DNA of 64,000 bases from an uncultured Microthrixaceae bacterium (GTDB lineage Bacteria > Actinomycetota > Acidimicrobiia > Acidimicrobiales > DATDAH01). A program made the translations under genes and the position numbers. The stretch lies in assembly GCA_963823495.1 (NCBI GenBank), contig CAWGLV010000001.1:3736176-3800175 (forward strand). Direction: 5' to 3'. Positions 55,315 through 64,000 of the stretch are shown here, piece after piece (positions within the stretch are counted from its first letter, which is position 1; each line of letters starts with the position of its first letter). Under the pieces are notes generated by a model that was given only the letters and a program-made list of their open reading frames with translations, was not told the DNA's origin and did not search any database.

Positions 55315-57003
55315 TCAACCCGCCGTGGTGGTGACCGGCGGCTCCTCGCCGAAGCCCTCGATCGCCCCCGGCCCGACCGGTGGGGGCGGCAGGGCGGACA
55401 GGAAGTCGCGGATCAGCGGGGCGGCCACGTCGCCGCCGATGCCGCCGCCCTCGACCACCAGGGCATAGGCGAGCTCGCCCACGAAGCCGGCGAACCAGGC
55501 GTGGGTCTCGGGCGGGTCCTCCTCACCGAACTCGGCGGTTCCGGTCTTCCCGCCGATGTCCCGCCCGAGGATCGCCACGACCGGGGCCGTGCCCGTGCGT
55601 ACGACCTCCCGCATGAAGTCCGGGAGGTTCGCCGCCGCCGCCTCGGGAAGCTGGTGGCTGCCTTCGGCCGGTGGCTCGCCGGTGAGGTGGGGCGGGCGCC
55701 AGGTCCCGTCGTAGGCCGCCGCGGCGACGGTGGCCATGTGCAGGGGCGTCACCGACACCCGGCCCTGGCCGATGGAGGCCGCCGCGATCTCGGTGTCGGA
55801 CTCCGGAAGGGGGAAGGAGGCGAACTCGGTCGGCAGACCGAGGTCGTAGGACTGGTTGAACCCGAAGGTCTCCGCTGCCTCCAGCAGCCCCGCGGCCCCG
55901 AGAGCGAAGCCCTGGTCCACGAAGGTCGTGTTGCAGGACTTGGCGAAGGTGTCGATGAACGGGAGGTCGCCGTAGTCCTCGCCGAAGGCGTTGGTGAAGG
56001 GCGCCGAGTCCCCCGGCCGGGTCTCTCGCGGGCAGGGCAGGACCCGGTCGGGCTCCACACCGGCGGCGAGCACGCCCGCGGCCGTGACGATCTTGAAGGT
56101 CGATCCCGGCGCGTACCGTCCCAACAGGGCCCGGTCGAAGCCCGACGGGTTGTTGGCCACGGCCCGCACGGCGCCCGTCCGGCTGTCGACCGCAACCAGG
56201 GCGACGGGCAGGACGACATCGGCGATGGCCTGCTCCGCGGCCCGCTGGGTGGCGTAGTCCAGCGTGAGCTGGAGCGACTCGGGTCGCTCGCCGCCGAACT
56301 CGTGGACCACCTCGACGGGCCGGCCGGCGCCGTCCACGACCTCGATGCGCCCCACGGGGTCACCGGCCAACTGGTCCTCGAAGCCCGACTCCACGCCGTC
56401 GGACCCCACCACGTCGCCGGCGGCGTACTCGAGGCCGAGTTGGGCCGCCTCCGCGGCGCTGAGCTCCCGGACCTCGCCGACCAGCGCCCCGGCCAGTTCG
56501 TCCAGCCGGGGCCCTTCCCCGGGTCCGCCGACCGCGAGAGGTTGGCCGCCGTCGGCCACGATGGCCGCCCGGGGCCCCTGGGCCCGGGTCCGCTGGAGGC
56601 GGGCCCCCTCGGTCAGGGCCGGGTGCAACGAGGCCGGCGAGAAGGCCACCCGCCACTCATCGTCGACGCGGGCGAGGTCGAGGGACGCGTCGTAGGCCCA
56701 GGTCCCGATGCCCTGCAGACCCAGCTCGACCCGGAACGTGGCCGTCCCCTCGTCGCCCGAGGTCTCGACCTCGACGTCGTCGACCTCGGCGGCGACGACC
56801 TGCAGGTGGCCGCGGAACTGCCGTTGGCGGGCCGTGAAGTCGGCCGGTGGATCGTCCACCAGCGCGCTCATGGCGGCGATGTCACCCGCCGCCCACGCCG
56901 TCAGGTACGCGTCCGCGGTGGCCTCGGCGGCCGACCCACCGTCACCGCCACCGCCGAGGACCGCGCACGAGGACACGAGAGCGAGCGCGCCGGCCGTGGC
57001 CAC
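55315..57003 (-). CDS. class B penicillin-binding protein (NTF2-like MecA_N-type domain plus transpeptidase), lipoprotein
   Basis: Lipobox LVSSC. Transpeptidase motifs STFK, SCN and KTGT are in the expected order. Confidence 0.85.
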   Translation of the reverse strand: MATAGALALVSSCAVLGGGGDGGSAAEATADAYLTAWAAGDIAAMSALVDDPPADFTARQRQFRGHLQVVAAEVDDVEVETSGDEGTATFRVELGLQGIGTWAYDASLDLARVDDEWRVAFSPASLHPALTEGARLQRTRAQGPRAAIVADGGQPLAVGGPGEGPRLDELAGALVGEVRELSAAEAAQLGLEYAAGDVVGSDGVESGFEDQLAGDPVGRIEVVDGAGRPVEVVHEFGGERPESLQLTLDYATQRAAEQAIADVVLPVALVAVDSRTGAVRAVANNPSGFDRALLGRYAPGSTFKIVTAAGVLAAGVEPDRVLPCPRETRPGDSAPFTNAFGEDYGDLPFIDTFAKSCNTTFVDQGFALGAAGLLEAAETFGFNQSYDLGLPTEFASFPLPESDTEIAAASIGQGRVSVTPLHMATVAAAAYDGTWRPPHLTGEPPAEGSHQLPEAAAANLPDFMREVVRTGTAPVVAILGRDIGGKTGTAEFGEEDPPETHAWFAGFVGELAYALVVEGGGIGGDVAAPLIRDFLSALPPPPVGPGAIEGFGEEPPVTTTAG

Positions 57004-57055
57004 CGCCCGCCATCGCCCCTCATCGAACCCCAGCCCGCGCTCCGATCCGCTCGGA

Positions 57056-58480
57056 TCAGTCGTTGAGCTGCAGCGACTTCACCTCGAGGAACTCCTCGAG
57101 GCCGTACCGCCCCAGCTCCCGACCGACGCCGGACTGTTTGTAGCCCCCGAAGGGGGCCTTGATGTTGAAGCTGCCGCCGTTGACATCCACCTGGCCGGTC
57201 CGCATGCGGCGCGCGACGCGCTGGGCGCGTCCCTCGTCCGCGGACCAGACCCCGCCCGCCAGGCCGTACTGGCTGTCGTTGGCGATCCGGATGGCATCCT
57301 CTTCGTCCTCGTAGGGGATGATCGACAGCACCGGGCCGAAGATCTCCTCCTGGGCGATGGTCATGTCGTTGGACACGTTGCCGAACACCGTCGGGCGCAC
57401 GAAGAAGCCGGTGTCGAGGCCTTCGGGGGCCTCGGGGCCGCCCGTGGCCAGCGTGGCGCCCTCGTCGATGCCCTTCTGGATGTAGCCCCGGACCCGGTCG
57501 CGCTGGGCCGCGGACGAGAGCGGGCCGAGCATGACGCCGTCCTGGTCCGCGGGACCCACCGGGAAGCCCTCTGCCGCCGCCGCGGCGATGGCCACGGCCT
57601 CATCGTGCTTCTCCCTGGGCACCAGCATCCGGGTGTGGGCCGTGCACGTCTGGCCCGAGTTCAGGTAACAGGCGAAGACGCCCTTGGGGACGACCTCGCC
57701 GAGATCGGCGTCGTCCAGGATGATGTTGGCCGACTTGCCGCCCAGCTCGAGGGCGACCCGCTTGACGCTCTGGCTGGCCAGCTCCGCCACCCGCTTGCCC
57801 GCTCGGGTCGAGCCGGTGAAGCTCACCATGTCGACGTCGGGGTGGGCGGCGATGGCTTCGCCCACGACGGGGCCGACACCGGAGACGAGGTTGAACACAC
57901 CGTTGGGCAAACCGATCTCGTCGATGACCTCCGCCAGGATGAAGGCGTCGAGCGGAGCGATCTCGCTGGGCTTGAGGACGACGGTGCAGCCCGCGGCCAG
58001 CGCCGGGGCGACCTTGGCCACGATCTGGTGCAGCGGGTAGTTCCATGGCGTGATGGCACCCACGACGCCGACGGGCTCGCGCACCACGAGGGAGTTGCCG
58101 ATGCGCTCCTCCCACGGGAACTCCGAGAGCACCTCGACGTAGGTGCCCATGTTCCCCACGGGTAGCCCGGCCTGGATCATGTTGGCCCACATGAGGGGCA
58201 TGCCCATCTCCTCGGAGATGACCTGGGCGATCTCCTCGGAGCGGGCGCCGAGGCCCTCGGCCAGGCGCTGGATGTACTTGCCCCGCTCCTCGGGCTCGGT
58301 GCGGCCCCAGTTCTCGAAGGCGGCCTTGGCCGCGGCGACGGCCTGGTCGACGTCCTCGGCGGTGCCCTCGGGGATGGACCCCATGACCTGCTCGGTCGAG
58401 GCGTTCACCACCTCGATGGAGCCACTGCCGGTGGAGGGCACCCAGGCCCCGTCGATGTAGATCTTGTCGTGGTCGCGCAC
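57056..58480 (-). CDS. NAD(P)-dependent aldehyde dehydrogenase
   Basis: ELGGKSA, the catalytic Cys region GQTCTA, and EEIFGPV. Confidence 0.9.
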   Translation of the reverse strand: MRDHDKIYIDGAWVPSTGSGSIEVVNASTEQVMGSIPEGTAEDVDQAVAAAKAAFENWGRTEPEERGKYIQRLAEGLGARSEEIAQVISEEMGMPLMWANMIQAGLPVGNMGTYVEVLSEFPWEERIGNSLVVREPVGVVGAITPWNYPLHQIVAKVAPALAAGCTVVLKPSEIAPLDAFILAEVIDEIGLPNGVFNLVSGVGPVVGEAIAAHPDVDMVSFTGSTRAGKRVAELASQSVKRVALELGGKSANIILDDADLGEVVPKGVFACYLNSGQTCTAHTRMLVPREKHDEAVAIAAAAAEGFPVGPADQDGVMLGPLSSAAQRDRVRGYIQKGIDEGATLATGGPEAPEGLDTGFFVRPTVFGNVSNDMTIAQEEIFGPVLSIIPYEDEEDAIRIANDSQYGLAGGVWSADEGRAQRVARRMRTGQVDVNGGSFNIKAPFGGYKQSGVGRELGRYGLEEFLEVKSLQLND

Positions 58481-58549
58481 GGGGTCCCCCTGTAGGTCGG
58501 CTGCGCCTCTGGTGGCCGCGCGACGGTACTCGCGCCGCTGACGATCGCG

Positions 58550-60466
58550 TCAGTCGGCCAGGTCCGGGAGGTCCCGGTAGTGGTCGAGGGCCTCGGGGTT
58601 GGCCAGGGCCTCGACGTTGCGGACCTCCTCGCCGTGGACCACGGCGCGGACGGCCAGCTCGGTGATCTTGCCGCTGCGGGTGCGGGGGATCTCGGGGACG
58701 GCGATCACCTCGGCCGGGACGTGACGGGGCGTCGTGTTCTCCCGGATGCGCCGGCGGATCCGGTCCCGGAGGTCGTCGTCGAGGGCCTCGCCCTCGCGGA
58801 GCACGACGAAGAGGACGATGCGGGTGTCGCCGCCGTGGTCCTGGCCGACGGCGATGGCCTCGGCCACCTCGGGCACCTGCTCGACCTGCCGGTAGATCTC
58901 GGCGGTGCCGATGCGCACCCCACCCGGGTTCAGGGTGGCGTCGGAGCGGCCATGGATGACCAGGCCCCCGTGCTCGGTCCACGCCGCGAAGTCGCCCTGG
59001 TGCCAGGCCCCCGGGATGCGCTCGAAGTAGGCAGCCCGGTAGCGGGAGCCGTCCCCGTCGCCCCAGAACCCCACCGGCATGGAGGGGAACGGGGTGCGAC
59101 AGATGAGCTCCCCCTTCTCCCCCGGCGGCAGGGAGGTGCCGTCCTCGTCGACCACGTCGATGTCCAGGCCCAGGGCCGGTCGCTGGATCTCGCCCCGCCA
59201 GACCGGGCTGGTGGGATCGCCGGCGACGAGGCAACCGCAGAGGTCCGTGCCCCCGGAGATGGAGGCCAGGTGGACGTCGGCCTTCACGTGGCCGTACACG
59301 TAGTCGAAGCCCTCCGGCACCAGCGGCGAGCCGGTCGAGGTGATGGTCCGCACCGAGGTGAGGTCGTGGGTCGAGGCCGGGTCGAGGCCGGACCGGTCGA
59401 GGGCGTCGATGAACTTGGCCGACGTCCCGAACAGGGTCACGCCCTGCTCGTCGGCCAGGTCGAAGAGGGCCGACGGCGGGTGCGACGGCGAGCCGTCGTA
59501 CAGGACCAGGGTCGCCCCGCTGGCCAGGCCGGAGGCCAGCCAGTTCCACATCATCCAGCCCGCGGTCGTGAAGTAGAAGACCCGGTCGCCGGGGCGGACG
59601 TCGCAGTGGAGCTGGTGCTCGACCAGGTGCTTGAGCAGGACGCCGCCGGTGCGGTGGACGATCGCCTTGGGCTTCCCGGTGGTACCCGAGGAGTAGAGCA
59701 CGTACCACGGGTGGTCGAACGGGTACCGCTCGACCTCGAGGTCGGCTCCCGCATGGGCCGCGAGCACGTCGGGCCAGGCCTCGGCACCCTCGGGGAGGTC
59801 GGCCCCGAGGTAGGGCACGAGGATGGTCCGGCGCAGGCCCGGGAGCCCGGCTCGGATCTCCGCCAGCCGGGTCAGGCAGTCGTTGGGCCTGCCTCCGTAG
59901 CGGTAGCCGTCGGCCGCCACCAGGACCGTCGGCTGGATCTGGCCGAAGCGGTCCAGCACGCCGGCCGTGCCGAAGTCGGGCGAGGTCGAGGAGAAGGTGG
60001 CCCCCACCGCGGCGGTGGCCAGCATGGTGACGATCGTCTCGGGGATGTTCGGCAGCCAGGCCGCCACCCGCGCCCCCGGACCGACGCCGCACTCCCGCAG
60101 GGCCGCGGCCAGCGACGCCACCTGGACCCGCAGCTCGTCCCAGGACGAGCTCCGTCGACGACCGTCCTCCCCCGCCTCGACCAGCGCCTCACCCGGACCG
60201 TCGGCGGCCAGGAAGGTCTCGACCACGTTCAGGCGCGCGTCCGGGAAGAACCGGGCCTCGGGCAGCGTGGGCCCGGGGACGAACGCCGTGGCCCCCGGCT
60301 CCCCCACCAGACCGCAGAAGTCCCAGGCCGCGGCCCAGAAGGCGCCGGGCTCGGCCACCGACCACGCATGCACCGCCTCGAAGTCGTCCAGGCCCTGGTC
60401 GCGGGCGAAGGCGGCCAGCCGGCTCCCCGTGACCGACGCCGGCGACGGTGTCCAGATGGGCGCCAT
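58550..60466 (-). CDS. acetoacetyl-CoA synthetase (acetoacetate-CoA ligase)
   Basis: N-terminus WTPS...FWAAAWDF typical of AACS, the AMP-binding motif YSSGTTGKPK, and a 638-aa length. Confidence 0.85.
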   Translation of the reverse strand: MAPIWTPSPASVTGSRLAAFARDQGLDDFEAVHAWSVAEPGAFWAAAWDFCGLVGEPGATAFVPGPTLPEARFFPDARLNVVETFLAADGPGEALVEAGEDGRRRSSSWDELRVQVASLAAALRECGVGPGARVAAWLPNIPETIVTMLATAAVGATFSSTSPDFGTAGVLDRFGQIQPTVLVAADGYRYGGRPNDCLTRLAEIRAGLPGLRRTILVPYLGADLPEGAEAWPDVLAAHAGADLEVERYPFDHPWYVLYSSGTTGKPKAIVHRTGGVLLKHLVEHQLHCDVRPGDRVFYFTTAGWMMWNWLASGLASGATLVLYDGSPSHPPSALFDLADEQGVTLFGTSAKFIDALDRSGLDPASTHDLTSVRTITSTGSPLVPEGFDYVYGHVKADVHLASISGGTDLCGCLVAGDPTSPVWRGEIQRPALGLDIDVVDEDGTSLPPGEKGELICRTPFPSMPVGFWGDGDGSRYRAAYFERIPGAWHQGDFAAWTEHGGLVIHGRSDATLNPGGVRIGTAEIYRQVEQVPEVAEAIAVGQDHGGDTRIVLFVVLREGEALDDDLRDRIRRRIRENTTPRHVPAEVIAVPEIPRTRSGKITELAVRAVVHGEEVRNVEALANPEALDHYRDLPDLAD

Positions 60467-60525
60467 GGCCTGTTCTTACCCGGATTGCCGGTCCGGCGCG
60501 GGCCAGGGTCCGGGTCGGGGACGGC

Positions 60526-60990
60526 TCAGTCGTCCTCGGTCTCGTCGCGGACGACCAGGACGGGACAGGGGGCGTGACGGACCAGGTGGTCCGAAACCGA
60601 GCCGAGCAGGGCACGCTTTATCGCGCCGTGGCCCCGGGAGCCGACCACCACGACCGTGGCCCCGATCTCCTCGGCGAAGAGCATCAGCTCGACGCCGGGC
60701 TCGCCCAGGAGCACCTGGGTCTCGAGCCCGTCGCGGTCGAGCGCGGCCACGGCCGCCTGGACGACGGCCTCACCCTCCTCGGAGCGGATCTCGTTGAGCT
60801 CGTGGAGCTGCTCGGGCGTCAGGGCGCCACCGGCCATGCCGGAGACCCCGCTGACGAGGGTCGGGTTGCCGCCCTCCACCACCGTCACGACGATCGTGCG
60901 TTCTCCCGGCGCCAGCCGGGCCAGCCCCGTCGCCGCGGCCCCGGTGGCGCTCTCGGATCCGTCCACGCACAGCAGCACGACCTGGTCCAT
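60526..60990 (-). CDS. universal stress protein (UspA family)
   Basis: The C-terminal motif VVVGSRGHGAIKRALLGSVSDHLVRHAPCPVLVV. Confidence 0.85.
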   Translation of the reverse strand: MDQVVLLCVDGSESATGAAATGLARLAPGERTIVVTVVEGGNPTLVSGVSGMAGGALTPEQLHELNEIRSEEGEAVVQAAVAALDRDGLETQVLLGEPGVELMLFAEEIGATVVVVGSRGHGAIKRALLGSVSDHLVRHAPCPVLVVRDETEDD

Positions 60991-61017
60991 GGGTCGAGTC
61001 TGCCCCGTGACGGCGAG

Positions 61018-62214
<1,197 letters not shown>

Positions 62215-62271
62215 AGGGGCTGGAGGCTACAGGCGGCGATTTGCCGCCAGGGGGCCGACCAGAGACCCGAC

Positions 62272-63123
62272 TCAGGGCTCCAGCTCGTCGAGGACCCGGA
62301 GGGCGGCGTCGGCCCGGTTGAGGACATAGAGGTGGAGTCCCGGCGCACCGGCGGCCAGCAGACGCTCACACAGCAGCGTGCCGACGTCCACGGCGGCGTC
62401 GATGACCTGGGCCTCGTCGTTGGCCGCCTCCAGCCGCTCCACCAGGTCGGCGGGGAGCCGGGTGTTGTTCATCCCCGCCATCCGCGCCAGGCCGGCAGGA
62501 TCACGGAAGAGCATGACCCCGGGAAGGATCGGTGCGTGGCAGCCGAGGTCGGCCAGCTCCTCCACCATGAGCAGGTAGTCGTTGGGGTCGAAGAAGAACT
62601 GGGTGACGCCGAAGTCGGCCGCCGCCAGCTTCTCGGCCAGATGGCGGCGGTCCTCGCCCCGGTCGGTGGAGCGGGGATGCAGCTCCGGCTGGGCCGCGAC
62701 CCCGACCGAGAAGTCCGCGCCGTGGCCCCGGATGACCTCGACCAGCTCACTGGCGTACTCGAAGTCCCCACCCGGGTCGACACCGTCCGCTGGCGGATCG
62801 CCACCCAGGGCCAAGATGTTCTCGACCCCGGCCTCGGCGTACTGGTCGAGCAGCTCCTTGACCTGGTCCTGGGTGTGGCCCACACAGGTCAGGTGCGCCA
62901 TCACGGGGAAGTCGTTGTCCCGGTTCATGTCGATGACCAGCTGGGCGGTGAGGTCCCGGGTGCTGCCACCCGCCCCGTAGGTCACGGACATGAAGCTGGG
63001 TCGGGTCGGGGCCAGCTCGGCGACCGCGGCTTTCAGGTTCTCGACACCGTTGGGCGTCTTCGGCGGGAAGAACTCGAAGGAGATCGTCCGGCCCTGCGCG
63101 AGGAGGTCAGAGATCTTCGCCAT
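62272..63123 (-). CDS. metF: methylenetetrahydrofolate reductase
   Basis: ISFEFFPPKT, SVTYGAGGSTR, and HLTC. Confidence 0.9.
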   Translation of the reverse strand: MAKISDLLAQGRTISFEFFPPKTPNGVENLKAAVAELAPTRPSFMSVTYGAGGSTRDLTAQLVIDMNRDNDFPVMAHLTCVGHTQDQVKELLDQYAEAGVENILALGGDPPADGVDPGGDFEYASELVEVIRGHGADFSVGVAAQPELHPRSTDRGEDRRHLAEKLAAADFGVTQFFFDPNDYLLMVEELADLGCHAPILPGVMLFRDPAGLARMAGMNNTRLPADLVERLEAANDEAQVIDAAVDVGTLLCERLLAAGAPGLHLYVLNRADAALRVLDELEP

Positions 63124-63227
63124 GGGGCAACGAGGGTACCGACGCCGCGGAGCCGGAGCGCAGCCCCGCCGGCGCGGGGTGACGTGGGTACGCGCGTGCG
63201 AGGCCCATCGGCGGTGACCGCTCCCGG

Positions 63228-64000
63228 TCAGCCCGGGAGGGCGGCCCGGCGTTCGGCGGCTTCCACGGTGTTCACGAACAGCATCGCCCGGGTCATCGGG
63301 CCCACCCCGCCGATGCGGGGCGAGAGCCAGCCCGCCACCTCGGCCACCTCCTCGGCCACGTCGGAGAGCACCTTCCTGCCCTCGAAGCTGACCCCCGCGG
63401 CGACCACGGCCGCCCCCGGCTTCACCATGTCGGCGGTGATCATGTCCGGCGAGCCCGCGGCGGCGACCACGATGTCAGCCTGTCGGGTGAGGGCGCCGAT
63501 GTCGGCCACCCCGGTGTGCACCACGGTGACCGCGGCGTTGGCATCGGGGCGCTTCAGCGACAGGAGGTTGGCCAACGGCCGGCCGATGGTGAGCCCCCGG
63601 CCCACGATCACCACGTGGCGGCCGCTGATCGGCACCCCGTAGTGGGTGAGGAGCCGCTGGATGCCATGGGGGGTGCACGGCAGCGGGCCCTCGGTGCCCA
63701 TGACCAGCTTGCCGAGGTTGACCGGGTGCAGGCCGTCGACGTCCTTGGCGGGATCGACCCTCAGGAGGTGGGCCTCGTAGTCGAAGCCGTCCGGAAACGG
63801 GTACTGGCAGAGGTAGGCGTCGACGGCGGCATCGGCGTTCCACCGGTCGATCACGGCGTCGATCTCGGCGGGCTCGACGTCCGCCGGCAGGTGCTCGTCG
63901 AAGGAGGCGATGCCGAGCTCGGCGGCGTCCTCGTGCTTCATCTGCACGTACCGGGCGCTCGGACCGTCGTCGCCGACCAGCAGCGTGCCCAGGCCCGCGG
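63228..64000 (-). CDS. folD: bifunctional methylene-THF dehydrogenase/methenyl-THF cyclohydrolase (5-prime end outside window)
   Basis: GTLLVGDDGPSARYVQMK continues in frame to the window edge. VVIVGRGLTIGRPL, and PRIGGVGPMT near the C-terminus. Confidence 0.9.
   Translation of the reverse strand, partial: AGLGTLLVGDDGPSARYVQMKHEDAAELGIASFDEHLPADVEPAEIDAVIDRWNADAAVDAYLCQYPFPDGFDYEAHLLRVDPAKDVDGLHPVNLGKLVMGTEGPLPCTPHGIQRLLTHYGVPISGRHVVIVGRGLTIGRPLANLLSLKRPDANAAVTVVHTGVADIGALTRQADIVVAAAGSPDMITADMVKPGAAVVAAGVSFEGRKVLSDVAEEVAEVAGWLSPRIGGVGPMTRAMLFVNTVEAAERRAALPG

Noticed and set aside
53998-57066. 1022-aa plus-strand ORF spanning the fpg-mdh spacer, mdh and the PBP gene.
   Set aside because: It is antisense to two genes with unambiguous motifs (mdh, and the PBP with STFK/SCN/KTGT). 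Its composition is Arg/Gly/Pro-rich and no domain is recognisable.
57600-60092. 830-aa minus-strand ORF and 665-aa plus-strand ORF (58580-60577) overlapping the aldehyde dehydrogenase and acetoacetyl-CoA synthetase genes.
   Set aside because: These are out-of-frame or antisense shadows of genes with clear catalytic motifs. Their extreme Arg/Pro/Gly content is not protein-like.
63124-63227. Possible SAM or folate-related riboswitch in the 104-nt folD-metF spacer.
   Set aside because: I could not recognise any conserved riboswitch core sequence. The only clear structure is a short GC hairpin (ccccgc gccg gcgggg), consistent with a folD terminator.

Overview
This is a high-GC (about 70%) Actinomycetota chromosome segment. 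Supporting signs are two WhiB-family genes, a SenX3/RegX3-like pair and leaderless-looking starts; a class-level guess of Acidimicrobiia is inference only. The window is densely coding, with about 70 supportable protein genes. I found no rRNA or tRNA genes, no CRISPR array, and no transposase, integrase or phage genes.

Content, left to right:
- Polysaccharide deacetylase, msrA, a UPF0182 membrane protein, a DivIVA-domain protein with a (PE)n repeat, and a PDZ/Lon-like protease.
- A livGFHM-plus-binding-protein ABC operon, stand-alone mreB, moaE, and an HtrA-like protein whose catalytic His and Ser look substituted.
- A long minus-strand phosphate block: pstS, a pstS fragment, pstCAB, two phoU genes, surE, senX3 and regX3.
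- An arsC/arsR/arsI/acr3 island, an M48 peptidase, and a Nudix-ppk1 pair.
- A WhiB / anti-sigma / ECF sigma / tatA / WhiB block.
- A ChlI-like AAA+ ATPase with a VWA protein, a GH2 hydrolase, and sdhAB translationally coupled to a DUF368 membrane protein.
- Several unknown membrane proteins, then fpg/nei, mdh, a class B PBP, an aldehyde dehydrogenase, acetoacetyl-CoA synthetase, usp, icd, metF and folD.

Most of the window is ordinary core genome, and I see no clear defence or mobile system. The items most worth a second look are:
1. A 460-bp near-perfect tandem duplication of the pstS 3-prime end plus spacer, with an AT-rich junction. It is either real or an assembly artefact.
2. PHO-box-like direct repeats inside the pstS-pstC spacer.
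3. The uncharacterised AAA+/VWA pair, with a 26-bp-arm intercistronic hairpin and an atypical Walker B.
4. sdhAB without any adjacent membrane-anchor gene, overlapping a DUF368 gene instead.
5. The apparently catalytically dead HtrA-like protein.

Many long ORFs in the six-frame track are high-GC shadow ORFs and were rejected.
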